A stretch of 64,000 nt of DNA from NCBI GenBank assembly GCA_040437565.1, contig JBDOQK010000034.1:1-64000 (forward strand). Reading direction: 5' to 3'. Below are positions 1 to 13,102 of this stretch, piece by piece. Position numbers and translations under genes: made by a program. The DNA is from Albugo candida (Eukaryota). The notes beneath the pieces are model-generated. The model worked only from the letters and a program-made list of their open reading frames with translations, did no database searches and was not told where the DNA came from. Position 1 is the stretch's first letter, and each line of letters starts with the position of its first letter.

Positions 1-109
1 TCGTACGTATAGTACACATCCTTGGTACATTTTTTTATTATTCAATCTTGTGGTATTTTTATTTTATTTTTCATTTATCTTGGTGTATATTTTTTATAAC
101 CCCTATCTT

Positions 110-2118
110 ACGCAGCATCTGCGCTGATACACATAAGCGTTGGAGCTCTATGCTCCCTGTCGTTGACTTCGCGTTAAACAGCTCTGTACATGCCCCTACA
201 GGCTATACTCCGTTATACGTGAACGGACTCACCTACCCTCGCGTTCCGTTAACGCTATCTCTGCGTGGTTCAGGGCTTGGTGGGGGAGAGATGGCCGATC
301 GGCTTGCTGATGTCAGCCCTTCTACTGTAAAGAAACAGGCTGGCGAATTCATCGCAACGTGATTGAATGTCTTACGATATGTGCGTGATGTAATGGATGC
401 GAACCAAGACCGACAAAAGAAGCAAGCGAGTACTTAAAGCAGAGGTTGTATTGAAAGTTATGAGGTCGGATACCAGGCAGTACTAAGAACCTACCTACAA
501 AAAATGCAGTGTCCGCTGTCTTCAAGACAGAGTTTCGACCACGCTTCATTGGGTCGTTCACGGTCATGGCTAAGAAGAGCCTTGCTTACATCCTCAACCT
601 TCCGCTCAAATCGCGCACACATCCCGTGTTCTATGTTGCATTTCTTAAGCTTTATCGGGTTCCTTCCCATGTGAACCTGGAAGCGCTGGCGCCAAAGGAG
701 GTAGCCATGCCACGAATTGCTGCATCCCCATCAAGATACCCGCTGCCCCTCCAAGCGAGGTTGAACTTGCTCCAGGGCTCGTACCCGGTTCTCAACCGAC
801 TCTAGGCGTACCCAGCGCTCGCGACGAAGTTGCACCTCGTGCATAACACCTCCATGGTTTGACAGAGATCATCATGGGGTGGTACCAATATGTCGACCTC
901 CGCCGGCGTTGCTTAACAAGAAAGGGAAGTTTCAATTCCATTTTGAGAAGATTCTCGTTCGACGTCGTCGCCATGGCTAAAGTTAATATCTGGTGAAATG
1001 GCGAGGGTACCCTGAGTCAGAGAACTCTTGGGAGTATGAGATACCTCTTCACAAAATTGCCCATGTACCTTGGATGTTTGTGAACATCGTGGCCAGGATC
1101 ATCTGGTGATCAAAGGCGCTTCCCACTAAAAGTGGTGTGGGGAGGCGGGTTGCAGCACAACGAGTGGTCTGAATTCGCGGTTAACGGTATACCCGAAGCG
1201 TGGCGTGAGTGAGCACTCGTACGCAACAGTTCTTTGACCTCAAGCTTGGCATACTCATACCGAAGCTTTCGTTAAAGACGAACGTCGGCCACACTGGCAC
1301 TTGCTCTTATAGCCATCATGCTTCTTTATCCGTGGACGAAGTAGCTTCTGGGCCGTTGGCCCACCCCGCAAACACATGGCCAACAGTTTGAAGGATACTT
1401 TCTTCCACGTCTTGTGGTTAAACACATAGTCACGATGACTTTGTAGCACTACGGAGGTCTGTGACCATCTCAGAGCGCTCTCTTCTTGCTGAAGAAAGAG
1501 CTGTTGTTGCTAGTCGAGCGGTTTGTTGATGTGCGCCGATGGTGCGTTGAGATCGCTATGTTTGAAGAACGGATTTGGTGCAGAACAGACCACCTCCTCA
1601 CCGGTCTCGCCGTAAGAAGGAAGAGCCTAGGGCTCATAGCATGTCGATGCCATGGTGTTTGATGCTTTGTACAACGGTCAGGTAGTGTGTACGCACCACG
1701 TCCTCTTCTGTTCGAGGAAAAGGATTCGATTGACGTTGAACGTCAGTCTGGTGGGGGATAGTGTAACAGAATTACACGTTGGTTAGTAACCGTTATGACA
1801 GTGTGGTACACATTTGGAACGCTTTGGGAGCTAACGCGTGTCAGCCACCGGACATTCGTGTCTGCGTTTAATGTAAGTACTCTTCTTTTAAAGAAATAAG
1901 TCAGCTCCCCTTTTGATCAACTAGAGGCACCTGCCTGGTTAAGACGTCTCAGATCTTGTACATTTTGTGCTAGCGATTCTGTGAATCGTTAGTTCCCTTG
2001 AACAAGGACCTTAAGCTCTTAAGCTTGTTGACTCGCTGAGTCGAGTTCTCTTAAGAACTAAATTGCTCGTCGAGCAGATAGCCTTCCTCTGGCAAAGAGC
2101 TATAGCAGCTCCGCTACA
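110..2118 (+). mobile_element. Ty3/Gypsy chromovirus-type LTR retrotransposon, 3' relic (integrase C-terminus, chromodomain, PPT, 3' LTR)
   Basis: Integrase-like WSSMLPVVDFALNSSVHAPTGYTP and PRFIGSF...THPVFYV are split over frames. Chromodomain YLVKWRGYPESENSWEYE starts at 987. Purine tract GGTGGGGGATAG precedes TGTAAC at 1762. Confidence 0.88.
1762..2118 (+). repeat. Putative 3' LTR (TGTAAC...GCTACA, about 357 bp)
   Basis: Starts immediately after the PPT and has TG...CA ends with a short imperfect terminal inverted repeat. No partner LTR in the window. Confidence 0.65.
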
Positions 2119-4238
2119 GAAAGGCTGATTGTCACCAGACGGGTATGGCAACTTTTCGTTCAGGAAATAATTGTTTTCTTAAGTTTCAACATGCACCAAC
2201 GTCACTTTCTATGATACAGCATTATAAGTTCTGCATTCAAACCAACGGCTTCGCTTTTACTTTGCTTGACGACCGATCATGCAAATCCTTCATCTATTTC
2301 ATATTTTGTGGCTGGTAACGATTCACCAGTCACTGAAGATTGCTACCTTGACGGGATCGCCATCAAGGTTTCTCGCCACATCGGTGTGCTCGGATATCTA
2401 TAATGATCCGCTTGGACAGATGAAAGTAGCTTAATTTAATGCGATGAAAGCCTAATGTGAAAGTCATGCAAGTAAGATAAAAAAAACGCGATCACAAGGA
2501 TTTTCATGCTTATCGTGCTAGACAATGAAAAGATACTCGTTCCTTGGTTAATTCCTCCATATACGTTAGTTGAAACAGGAGTGTAAATGATGTAAAAATG
2601 GGATGGGTCGTTCGCCTTAAATGTGCAAATATGCAGTTTTCATTTGCGGTATGTTTTGCTTCGGCTTGACACATTAGCAAACACTAGGTGGCTACCAAGA
2701 TTTGATCAGTGTCCAGGCATCACTTCTCCAGTAATGTAAATGTAGATGCGCATACTAATATATTAGGGTTAATCAATCTATTGAAAACGTCAGTGTGTGG
2801 TACTCCGGGAAAATGTTTGACTCAAGTATCTTGAGAAGACGTCCGATTCCACATAAGAGGACATATGAATTCTTTATTTTATTGTCGGACCTAATCTAGG
2901 CAAGCCGGCTTAGAGAGTTTCGCCTCCATCCCGCGGAAGTTGGTCAATCTGCCATCATCATCTTTGCTTTATCCGCCCGTATTCCTATCCTCCCGATCTT
3001 TTTACCTCCACGAATGGTGCATTCATCACAATGAATATTTGTAAGCCGTCGCATACTTGGCTTCTGTAAGTGATTACTCCCATAGGCTCGATTGAATAGT
3101 CTGCGAGCGACGAAGCATCTCGGCAAAGAGATGTTCCTTAGTTTTTTTAGTAGTTTTTATGGTTGAAAAGGATTCTTAGACAATTCTATTAGTATATAAA
3201 AGAAAGTCATCATCGATTGCATACATTTCCGACTCTCCCGATTGCACGGTTCCGTTATCAGGTAGCGATGACATTTCGTCCAAACGAGCAAGATTCTACA
3301 ATACCAAGCAATACAAGAAACAAAGAAAAATCATGCGATTTTTCAGCACACGCGTTCGAATGTGTTCAGTGCTCTTCAGAATAATCTTCGCTTCTTTCAG
3401 AAACGATTCATACAATAAATCCTATCGATTCCCAACCTTTTGCGCGTTGGATCATCAATTCTATCGATGGAACAACGACGCTCTATGGCGATACGATAGT
3501 CTAGTAATTTTATGCTTAATGAAGGAATATTTTCATCAATTCCCCTGAATACGTACAAGCAAGATGATAGTATACCGCGCTCTATCTGTATATGATTTTC
3601 TCGACGAGATGGTACATCATGCAGTATCTCTATAATTGAATCCATGAAGTACGTGTTCTTTAATGGACATTTATATCAAATAAATTGCGAATACGATACG
3701 TAATTGGTAATTAAGATAGTGTATTAGAGGAGTAGTTTGCTACTCAAGCAGGATGAAGAGAATTGCAGCATTGTCGTAGCAATCAGAAGCATATATATAC
3801 TGTGCACAAGTAGCCAGATTGGATAAATATACACGCAATCCGTGTTGTGCATTTGTCTATGCGCTGAATTTAAGACATTATAGTAGTGAGGTGGCCGAGC
3901 CTGCTCAAAGTATTAGAAAATTTATAGCACCCTGATTGTCAATCACCCTTACTGCACATCTTATCTTATGACGCGCATATCGTCATTGCATATTTCTTTG
4001 CGGGTGAGAAATTACCGTATAGATTTCTCCTACGATGGAAAGGCCTGTCGTTTATAGCTCATGGCTGTTCGCTGATGCCCTAATCTCCACCATAATCAGA
4101 CCAGCTCTTTCTGCTGTCTCATTAGCTAAAAGTGTATTTTCCTTTTTAGGTTACGTCGTCTTCAAATGAAATCTATAACGAAGGCACAACTCCTTCTCAG
4201 TGCTAAAAATGGAAAGTGATATTAAGAGTTTGAAACAA

Positions 4239-7200
4239 TGTTAAGAATGAATGTAATAATCCCCTCATAAACTGATCGCTCCTTCCAGATAGTCCGAAGA
4301 CCACTGTCTATGCAGGTTGCTCTTTTTCACGACACATGAACGTCGTGACGCGTAATCCGCTACACTCCCCTTCAACTTGCACTCTCGCGAATTCCACTTT
4401 CATTGCGTAGTTGCAGTAATTGCGGTGCACCAAGTGGATTCGTCAAGTAATCAGCAAGCTGCACAGCTGAAGGGATATGCTTGAGTTGGATCTCGCCTCG
4501 TTCAACGTGGTTCAGAACAAAATGCAACCTTTGGTCAATGTGTTTGGCTCTTGGTGTATAGCCTTGGTTCGTCGCAATACTTACCGCCGACTTATTGTCC
4601 ATATGCACTGTAGGAACGGCCTTGCACGTGACACCCATCTCTTTTAGCAAGTAACGAATCCATATAATTTCTGGTGTAGCATGTGCCAGTACCATATATT
4701 CTGCTTCAGTAGATGACAAATCTACCGAAGTTTGGCGTTTGCTTTTGTATACGACAACCACGCCAAGAGCAGAATCAATACACCAGATATAGGTCGACGA
4801 GTCTTCTTGTCACTTCCCCAATATGCGTCACAGTATGCCCGAAGCATAATCTTGTTGTCGTCCAATTCTTGTACGTGATTCCGTGCGATTGTGTTCCCAT
4901 AAGTTAGTGTAAAACGTGTAAAGCCGCACGCCAGTGCATCTGTCGTGGCTGGTCCAAGTACTGCGATAATACTGACATCCCATAGTCAATATCTGGTCGC
5001 GTTGCGTTCGCAATATATACCAGCGAACCGGCAAAAAATTTGCGGTGGTGTGACTTATCAGGAGTCAAGTCCTGGCGTGTACAGATAGGATTACGAACTG
5101 CATAGGCCCCACTTTGCTCAAGCTTCGAGACCAACCTCGCGATAAATTGGGACTGTTTTAACACCAACTCCCCTTTCTCTCGTGAATAATTCACTTCCAT
5201 GCCCAAAATAAATCGCGAAGCTCCAATTGACTTGACTGTACCATGATCTGTTAATTCTTTGTAGATCGTGTCTGCCTCAGCATCTGACTTGCTTCCAACT
5301 AGGAGGTCGTCAGCATACAAGACTATGTATGTGACTGACTTGAGGTGTGCATGATTGCATCGAACAAATATACATGTGTCTTCTCGTCATGATTCGAATC
5401 CCAAAGTAGACAACACGGACCGCAGCCGCTCGCGTCAAACGATATAAGAAGCGTCGTAATTGCACACCATTCCAAGTGCATTTCCAGCTCCAACTCATGA
5501 AAACTTCTTCTTCCAAATCACCATTTAGGAATTCCGTTTCCACGTTAAATTGTCGGATTACGTATTGCATGCTGCAACAAACCGACATAAACACACGAAT
5601 CGTGTTTGAGTATGCAACAGGTATTTATTTCTCGAAGTAATCAATGTCACGCGTTTGAAAATATCCGAGGGCAACCAAACGTGCTTTGTAACGAACGATA
5701 TCACCGTTTTCATCCTACATACGCCTAAGTACCCACTTGTGACCTATGACCTTGACACCGGAAGGACGGTAGATAGCATCCCATGTGTGGTTCTTACGAT
5801 GGGCTTTGAGTTCTGCTTGAGTAGCTTCTTTCCATTATTCTTCGGTCGTTGACTGCAACGCTTCTCGAATATTCATCAGTATATCAGTGGCAGAAAGCAA
5901 AATTTCGTAATCGTCAACACATTGACGTTTGGGTTCCAGCTCGACCAGCTCGCTATACACCGGCGATCCATCAGTCAGGACTGGTATATTCACACTACCA
6001 TCGTCAAAGCCATCATTGGTGAGTAGATGAGATGAGACGGAAGAACGATAAGGCCTTTTGTTCGACCCCGAGTTTAACTGAAGTCGGGTATCTGGAGGGT
6101 GGAATCTGCACAACGTACAATAGCTCGTGACGGATCAGGTATTCCTGGAAGCATGTGTGTACCATTATTGCCACTTCCAACGACAGTTTCACTTGATGTA
6201 CGATCTGTCATTGAATCGGTTGTGCTGATTGGTTGTATATATGTGCGCCCCCCCCCTCACCGCAATTGGAACCATTTCTAAGGTGAGTGACTAATTGAGA
6301 TGTACAGACGCATCCACAGCTCTGTCTTGCCAGCTCGTATCCGTGTCAGCGGTGGCAGCGACATCCATATCCTCAGCATCTTTATGATTGTTTGAAGCGG
6401 GTACGCCCACGTTCACTTCCTTGTTGTCATAATGAAAGTGTTTGTGTTGCGCAAAAGACTCACTTGAAACAACAACATCTTTGTACCTAATTGGAGGTCG
6501 CTCGTCTAACGTAACAGATCAGTGATTACGAATTGTTCTCTCACCAGGTCCCATACTCGGTATCCCTTATATGCGTCCGAATACCCAAGGAAAATACATT
6601 TGTTTTCTTCGCTGTCCCATTTAGTTCGCTTGCAATCCGCGACTCGTAGATATCCAGTAGAATCAAATACACGAAAATATCTTAGGGCTGGCTTGCAGGA
6701 TGTGGTCGATAAAAAGATGACCATTTTTTGTGAATTTCATTGATATTCACCGTGAGCGCTGAGACCGATACAGCGTTTCATACGGGCTAGTATTAGAGCG
6801 CGCGGTATTTTAAATTCGATTGATGGTGTAGGCAGGCGTCATAATCGCTTCACCCCCTCCCCAGATACGATCCATTTCCATGTGATAAATCATCGAGCGG
6901 GCCATCTCGACAAGGGTTGGATTTATCCTCTCTGCTGACCCGTTTTGTTGTGGACTGTATGGCACACTTGTCTGGTGGAGAATACCTTGTTATGCACAGT
7001 TGAAACGATGATTCGTGTACTCCCCACCATTGTCGCTTCGGATGCACTTAATCTTGCAAACCGTTTGCGTCTCCACCATAACACGAAACGCCTTGAATCG
7101 CTCCAAAAACTTGATACTTTGCTCCTAGCAAGTATACGTAGACAAATCGGCTGTAATCATCAATAAATGTGAGTACGTATAGAGCCCCACCCCCTTCGAC

Positions 7201-7700
7201 TTCGGACTCATAGGTCCCATAAGATCAGCGTGTACGATTATAAGTGGTCAACTCGTCTTTACTTCACTGCCTGAAGTATGACGTAACGGACTGTTCATCA
7301 TTTTCCCACGTGCGCATCCATCACATACACCGCCACCAGATGCAACGACACCTGAAACACCATCGCAAGCCTTTATCTATTGCAAGATCTTGTTTGTAGA
7401 CACATGACCTAGGCGAATATGCCAGAGTCCGCTAGTTTCATTTGCTCTAACTCTGCACTCAACCTGGTATGCCTCCAATGTGACATGTTGTTTCACATTC
7501 CACGCAAACAGCTTTCCCACTCGTTTGATTACTGAAACAGTCACTTCGTTACTCAAAACAAGAGACGACTCATCACGCTCGAAAATCTCAACATTGAACC
7601 GGCTTATATCGTTATTGACCCACCGTCTCAGGTCGGTCAATAATATCTCCAGCATAAGCTGGTCGTCAATCACAAAAGTAGATGTACCGCGAGATATTCG
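4239..7700 (-). mobile_element. Ty1/Copia retrotransposon relic (GAG-pre-integrase, integrase, RT, RNase H, PPT, short 3' LTR)
   Basis: Motifs GLWHIRLGH, CDGCARGK, VHADLMGP, RSDNGGEY, CIFLGYS, FLNGDLEEEVFM, YADDLL, TRPDI, LSSTEAEY and RAKHID, in Copia domain order with many frameshifts and stops. PPT GAAGGGGAG then TGTAGC at 4364. The LTR end near 4239-4252 is uncertain. Confidence 0.93.
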
Positions 7701-9689
7701 GTGAACGTTTGGAAGGAAGGGTATGCTCCAAGATCTGGATATTAATACCTGTCTCTGATCCCAAAACCGAACCAGAAAATGCTTGACTCTGCAAAGTCCT
7801 TTCGATGTCAGCTGAGATTTCCGGCCTTCAAGTATTCCATCCCATACATCTGCTACGACAAGTCACCAAGCATGGCGAGAATCTTGTCCAGTACCGCTGC
7901 GGGCACTGTTGACTTTTCTTCCAATTGTTGATTGATGGTCGCGTCCTGACCCTCCATCACCAGAGCGGGTGTAGCTTATTAATCTGTGCCGCCAACACGT
8001 TCCTTTCGATTCATAACCGGTTCGAAGTATTCGATTTGCCTTTGTTGCAATAGAGTTAGAAGTAAAAGTAGGATATATTTAGCATTTACCTTTTTTGTCA
8101 ACACCGCACCATACATGTGCAACAGCATTACAAACTTGACTTTGTCATGTTTCACCTGACGTCCGTCTGGTCTCACGTGGTGACCGTCTCTTCTCGTCCC
8201 ATCTGTCATTTTGTTACCAAAGAGCCGTTTAGGTGAGTCGGACTTGACCTGCAATAGATCTTGCAGTTAAAAGTCAAGCTCTTGACGACCTTTAAGAAAC
8301 AATATCGGCAATTAATCGCAACTCCTCCGAAAAGTGTGATCGTTGGCATGTAATAAACAAATAGCAGGCCAAATCATCATATTTGTCAATGAGATATGGG
8401 GAATTGACAAAAAACGGAAAATAATAAATGCAATACACTAAGGCTTCCCTTTGTGGGTCGTGTTGTGATACATGAGCTTGTTTACAGAGCACCCAAACGA
8501 TAAGGTAAAAATCTGACGGACTCGTTAGATTATCTTTCTCCTTTTGTATGGTACATGTGGTCATGTTCAAGTCTATCAGATCGTCTGTGGTACGTGACAG
8601 ATAGCCCCATTTACCCAATTCCCCCGATTTTTCTCATCTAAGACGGTAACGGATTCTGTAAGGGGTCTTCACATAGGAGACGATTTGTGCTTCTTGGTCC
8701 CTCACTTTTCCGCCATTCTTTGTTTGCGGCAAAACTGATCCTAATAGGCTCGACCACAGCATCAGAAATTTTTCTCTGTGTATGCATTTCTAGACGTATA
8801 AGACTAGATGAAGATATGATTTCCAAATTGATGCTCGATGCTACCTACCATGCTTCCTATACAATTGAGCAATCACGAGACAAATAAGGTATTTTCCATT
8901 CTCCTCTAAATGCAATTAACAGCAATTTACGCTTCATACCACCGTTTGATAGGAAGTTTTTCTGAAGCACCAATGTAACGTACTCGTGGACAATGTGGGA
9001 GGCTTGAGCGAACGCAATTTACAAAACGAAAGGGTTCTCTGCAGCGGAAGAGCGCCTTTAACATTCTCACTATCCCAAAAGCATCAATGCGAACGCACGA
9101 TGGGACAATCAAAACTATTCATATATCACCTACAAGCCGTAAACCAAAAATATTGCAAGTAATATATGGAAGAACCTGTCTCAGGCAGGGGAGAGTGTCG
9201 ATATGGTGCAACTATCCTAGAACAAACATTTTTGACCAAGTCCAAAGTCTATCAGACACCTGGATTGGAAAGCTTTATCAATCTTTCTTGCACCAAACGA
9301 TAGCTTTCGAAGTGCGGAACGTTTTGTTGCAAGAAGATTGTGTAAATTTTTTTTTCATGGTGCTGATACGTCTCAAAGTTTGACCTTTTTGCGTGTTTTC
9401 CCAAGATCGGCAGGATTTGAAACGCCCCGTGTGAAATGTCGTACGCTGTGCAATTTTTCTTACGTGGATGGAATGAAAGGAAATAAGGCAGACAAGGTAT
9501 CCGAACAAAATGGGAATGTCTATGTACAGTTTTTGGCCCAGGATGAGAGGAAATAGGACATGGGAGGTATAGAAAAAACGACGAATGGCGTTTGTATATA
9601 TGTCAGAGTCATAAGGAAATCCAAAAAAAGCTCAAACACCTGTTGACATCGATATGATATGCCTGCAAAAATCAATCCTTGAGGCGTAG

Positions 9690-12014
9690 ACGTCGGCGCG
9701 ATTTCATCTTCCGTCTGTCCCGCTCAACCCTCTCCGCCTAACGCCATCCTTGGCTTTGCTATACATTTCGATGTATCGCCAGAATGTTCGAGCGTGCTTC
9801 CGAATTCACCTTCATGCTCACTCTATCGAGGATACAGGGAGCCTCTCCCAAAGCGAGGTGAAATTATAATTACATTGGTTCCGAGCTGCTCTCTTGGCGG
9901 CTCCCCAGTACCTCTCTATGAAGTTGCACTCACACTGTAGTTTGAGGTAATATTCAATAATGTGTCCTTCCTGCTTCACCTCCATCTCCAAGGCGTAATC
10001 CTGTTCAGAAAAATTTGGCTGAGCCATCAAGGCATGCGTTCAGCAGCATTCATTTGTTGGAGGCAATGCCTTGGAATGGCAATCCAGATTCCAATTTACG
10101 TTGAGAGGATTCCCGATCTCTCTTTCCTTCAGCACCTGTAAGAGATCAACGTCAGTGATGAGATCGCTTCAGTGAGATCTTGAAAGAACAGAGAAGAAAG
10201 CATACCATCTCGATGCCCTAAAAAAAATCTCTCCATTGTGAGTAAACCGCATGGATTGCCAGATTTTTGGTTATCGATGATGTACCACCCCTCTTGTATT
10301 GGTATGTTTTATCCTTCTTGGGCTTGAGAGTCATACTGCCAGCCACCAGAGCGTTGAGAGAAAACGCCTGATGACTGGAGGATTGGTTGAAAGAAAAAAA
10401 TCCTGTGAAATAAAAATTTAATCTTCAGTCCCAACTAGAAACGTGAAACAAGAAAGTTCAAAAACTCACCAGTACAATCCTAGATAAAGAATGTTGAAAA
10501 TAAGGATGGCCTTCTCATTGAGTTGCCTTGCCATGTTTTCACTTTTCCACCACCATCTCTGTTCTTGCCTGCCTTGATCATCTCTCTATATGATAGTGAA
10601 GTGAGCCCATTCTCCCTCGCTTGCTGATCAGTGACTTTCTGTGCCCATGGCATGGGCACAGAAAGTCACTGATCATGATTGACCCCCCTGGTCATTTCTT
10701 CCTAATCTAGCTATTGCCTTCTTCTACCCAGAACTCCTCTCTTCCATCGTTGATGTAGAAGGTAGAGTCATGATGCGTCCCATGCACATACTTGTTGTAC
10801 CACACTCCCACCTTGCCCTCCACCAACAAATTCATCTCCTCTCAAGTCCACTCATCCATCTTCTTTTCGTACTCAATCATACTCTTTGACTAACCCTCTC
10901 TATACTTCACCACATCCTCCCTTTCATGAGCGTCCATTTACAGCTCCTTTCCCATTTTCTTTTTTTTTTATACCCAGATCTTAAGATACTTGGCCCCTGT
11001 CAAGTAGCTGATCTTCTGCTCCTCATCTCTCAGGACCCTTGGCAAAATGCTGGTTTGAAGGACCATCTGGAGCCCTTTGGGCGATCTTTGATTGAGCTTC
11101 CTCCCCCTCATCCATGACAGGAACTCTCTCTTGATATCAAGCTCTGCCAGAGTCTCTCTCCTTTTTGAAATTCGGCCTTGCTGATGTGCTGGACGGGATT
11201 TGCTGACCAAGTACCGATCGGCCCAAAGCCCAGCGTTCCTGAAGGCCCAGTATGACGTCTTGAGCAGTTTGTCGTTGGCTGCAGTAGATGACGCTTCCTT
11301 CTTTCTCATGCCCTGGTTAAGCCGTCTTTCCAGGTACTGGAGGATGGCCATAAGTCTGAAAGCAAGATAATACGGAAGTTTTCCCCAGCTGCTTTTCTGG
11401 TTCTGTATGCATTTCAGTTCTTCCTTCAAACCGTCAATGGCCTCTTCCATCCTGTCTTCTTCTCCCTCTTCTCCCTGCTGCTCACTACTCTCATCTTCTG
11501 ATACAATGAACAACTCCTTTCTTTTAGTTTCTGATGGCTGCTGGCCTGCTGGTTTGAAGTAGATGTCCAGCATCTGCAGGTTATTCTCCTTGACATACTT
11601 CTCCCTCCTCGACTTGGTAGTTCTTGAGTTCTCTGCCAAGGTAAGTAAAGAGTTAGAGGGTGAAGAACGTTTTTGGCAAAAGAAGCCAGCTCAATTTTAT
11701 AGGTACAGGAGCTTTTTCTTCCCCTTCTTTTCCTTCTCGAGCTGAGCCTGGACAGCAGCAAATCTCCTTTGTAGCTGAGCTGTGTCTGTTTCCAGCCAGT
11801 CTTCTTCACCTTCACCTTCACCTTTCACTTCCCTCTCCCTTCCTCTTCCTTCTCTCCACACCAGTATGACATGAGGCTCTGATAGTCGAGATCCTCTGCT
11901 GCCTCCACCTCTTCCTGCTGTTGTTTCTGTGCCTGAAGTTGCCTCTTCTTGTTTTTGGCTTGGTGCAAGTTGGCTGGCTAATAGGGCCAGCCTTCTTTTT
12001 TTGGGAGGAGCCAT
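9690..12014 (-). mobile_element. Degenerate IS630/Tc1-mariner-like DDE transposase with two spliceosomal introns
   Basis: Motifs HERKEDVVKYR, HDSTFYINDG, ISDFLCPCHG, IKAGKNRDG, FNQSSSH, GIEMVLKER and CECNFIERYWGAAKRAARNQCNYNF. N-terminal NLS-like MAPPKKRR. GT-AG introns at 10403-10469 and 10136-10205. Confidence 0.8.
10625..10675. repeat. Perfect 25-bp inverted repeat with 1-nt spacer
   Basis: TGATCAGTGACTTTCTGTGCCCATG-G-CATGGGCACAGAAAGTCACTGATCA. Confidence 0.95.
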
Positions 12015-13102
12015 TATAGAAAAAATAAATGAGAAATCTTTTGAAATTTCTTTTTCAATGGTTTAATTCGACAATACCCGCAGAACCTTACCAACTTGAT
12101 TCAAATCTACATTCTTATTTATAAAAATTAACTTGAAATAATACTTGAAATAATTTGAAGTTCAAAAAATTCAAATTTAAATGAACATATTCGAAAAATA
12201 GCTTTGGTTGATTCACAAAACGTTTTGGATTTGTTAGGGGAGTCACACCATACTCTTATCATCGTCTGCGTGGGAGAAAGGGCCAGTTGTTACAAATCGG
12301 ATCAATTCCACTGGGTCATTTTCTCTCTAGCCGTTTGGATGATGGACGCACAGGAATACAGCTGGTTCGTAAAGCTGCCAGCAATTATCATCAGAATAAA
12401 CCGAAAGACAAGGGATCCCAAGCTGCCTGGTGTGCAGTTATAAAAGGATTCATAGTATCGAAGAAGTACGGCGTTTACGGATGACTTTGTCATCATTTGT
12501 CTCGGACACTTAAGGTAATGTCGAGAATCTTGGGAATATGTCACTGGTAGTTGACGTCTTTCAAGCAGCATTTTTCTCCCTTTTATGGATAACGTAAGCG
12601 TTCAGGATACAGCTAACATTATTTGCAGCTTGCTCTTATGTAAAACAATCACTGCTATGACTTGTAGTGGAAAACAATATGGACCATCTATGGTTCAAGC
12701 ACGCATATCGATAAAAAAAGGGGTTGGATCCTACTTAAGTGATTCCTGTGTGAGAAGACTAGTAGAGACTTTGGCAATCATGTCGCTGGTAACATCCTTT
12801 TGCCGAAAGTACGACAGTACACTTGATAAACGTTGCATCAGGTTTCGTTTGATACGACATTCATTACTCTCGACTAATTCAATGTAATCTATGTCAGAAT
12901 GAATCGATGTTAAATTGTAGGATTTCGAAGACGAGCTGATATGAGCTCTGCAGCTGATGAAGATATTTGCACAAAACCTAATCAGTATGCAACGTTAAGC
13001 TACGGAGAACCACAATTAAGGAATACTCAGAACCCAAAGCGTGCTGATAAGGACGAGTCTTTGTTCTTAGAGTATAAAGAATTGATGTCACCTACCAAAA
13101 TA

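Noticed and set aside
15-105. Three degenerate TCTTG(T)GT-poly(T) units ending near CCCC, possibly a DNA-transposon end
   Set aside because: Low complexity, at the window edge, with no partner repeat visible.
2944-3126. HCDECTIRGG as a CCG motif
   Set aside because: Gly spacing is wrong and there is no signal peptide or ATG.
7710-7980. Possible Gypsy gag fragment (AVLDKILAMLGDLS) adjoining the Copia relic
   Set aside because: Too short and degraded to assign.
9600-12245. TIRs for the Tc1-like element (AAATCCAAAA near 9617 and its inverse near 12225)
   Set aside because: The match is too short and there is no clear TA target duplication.
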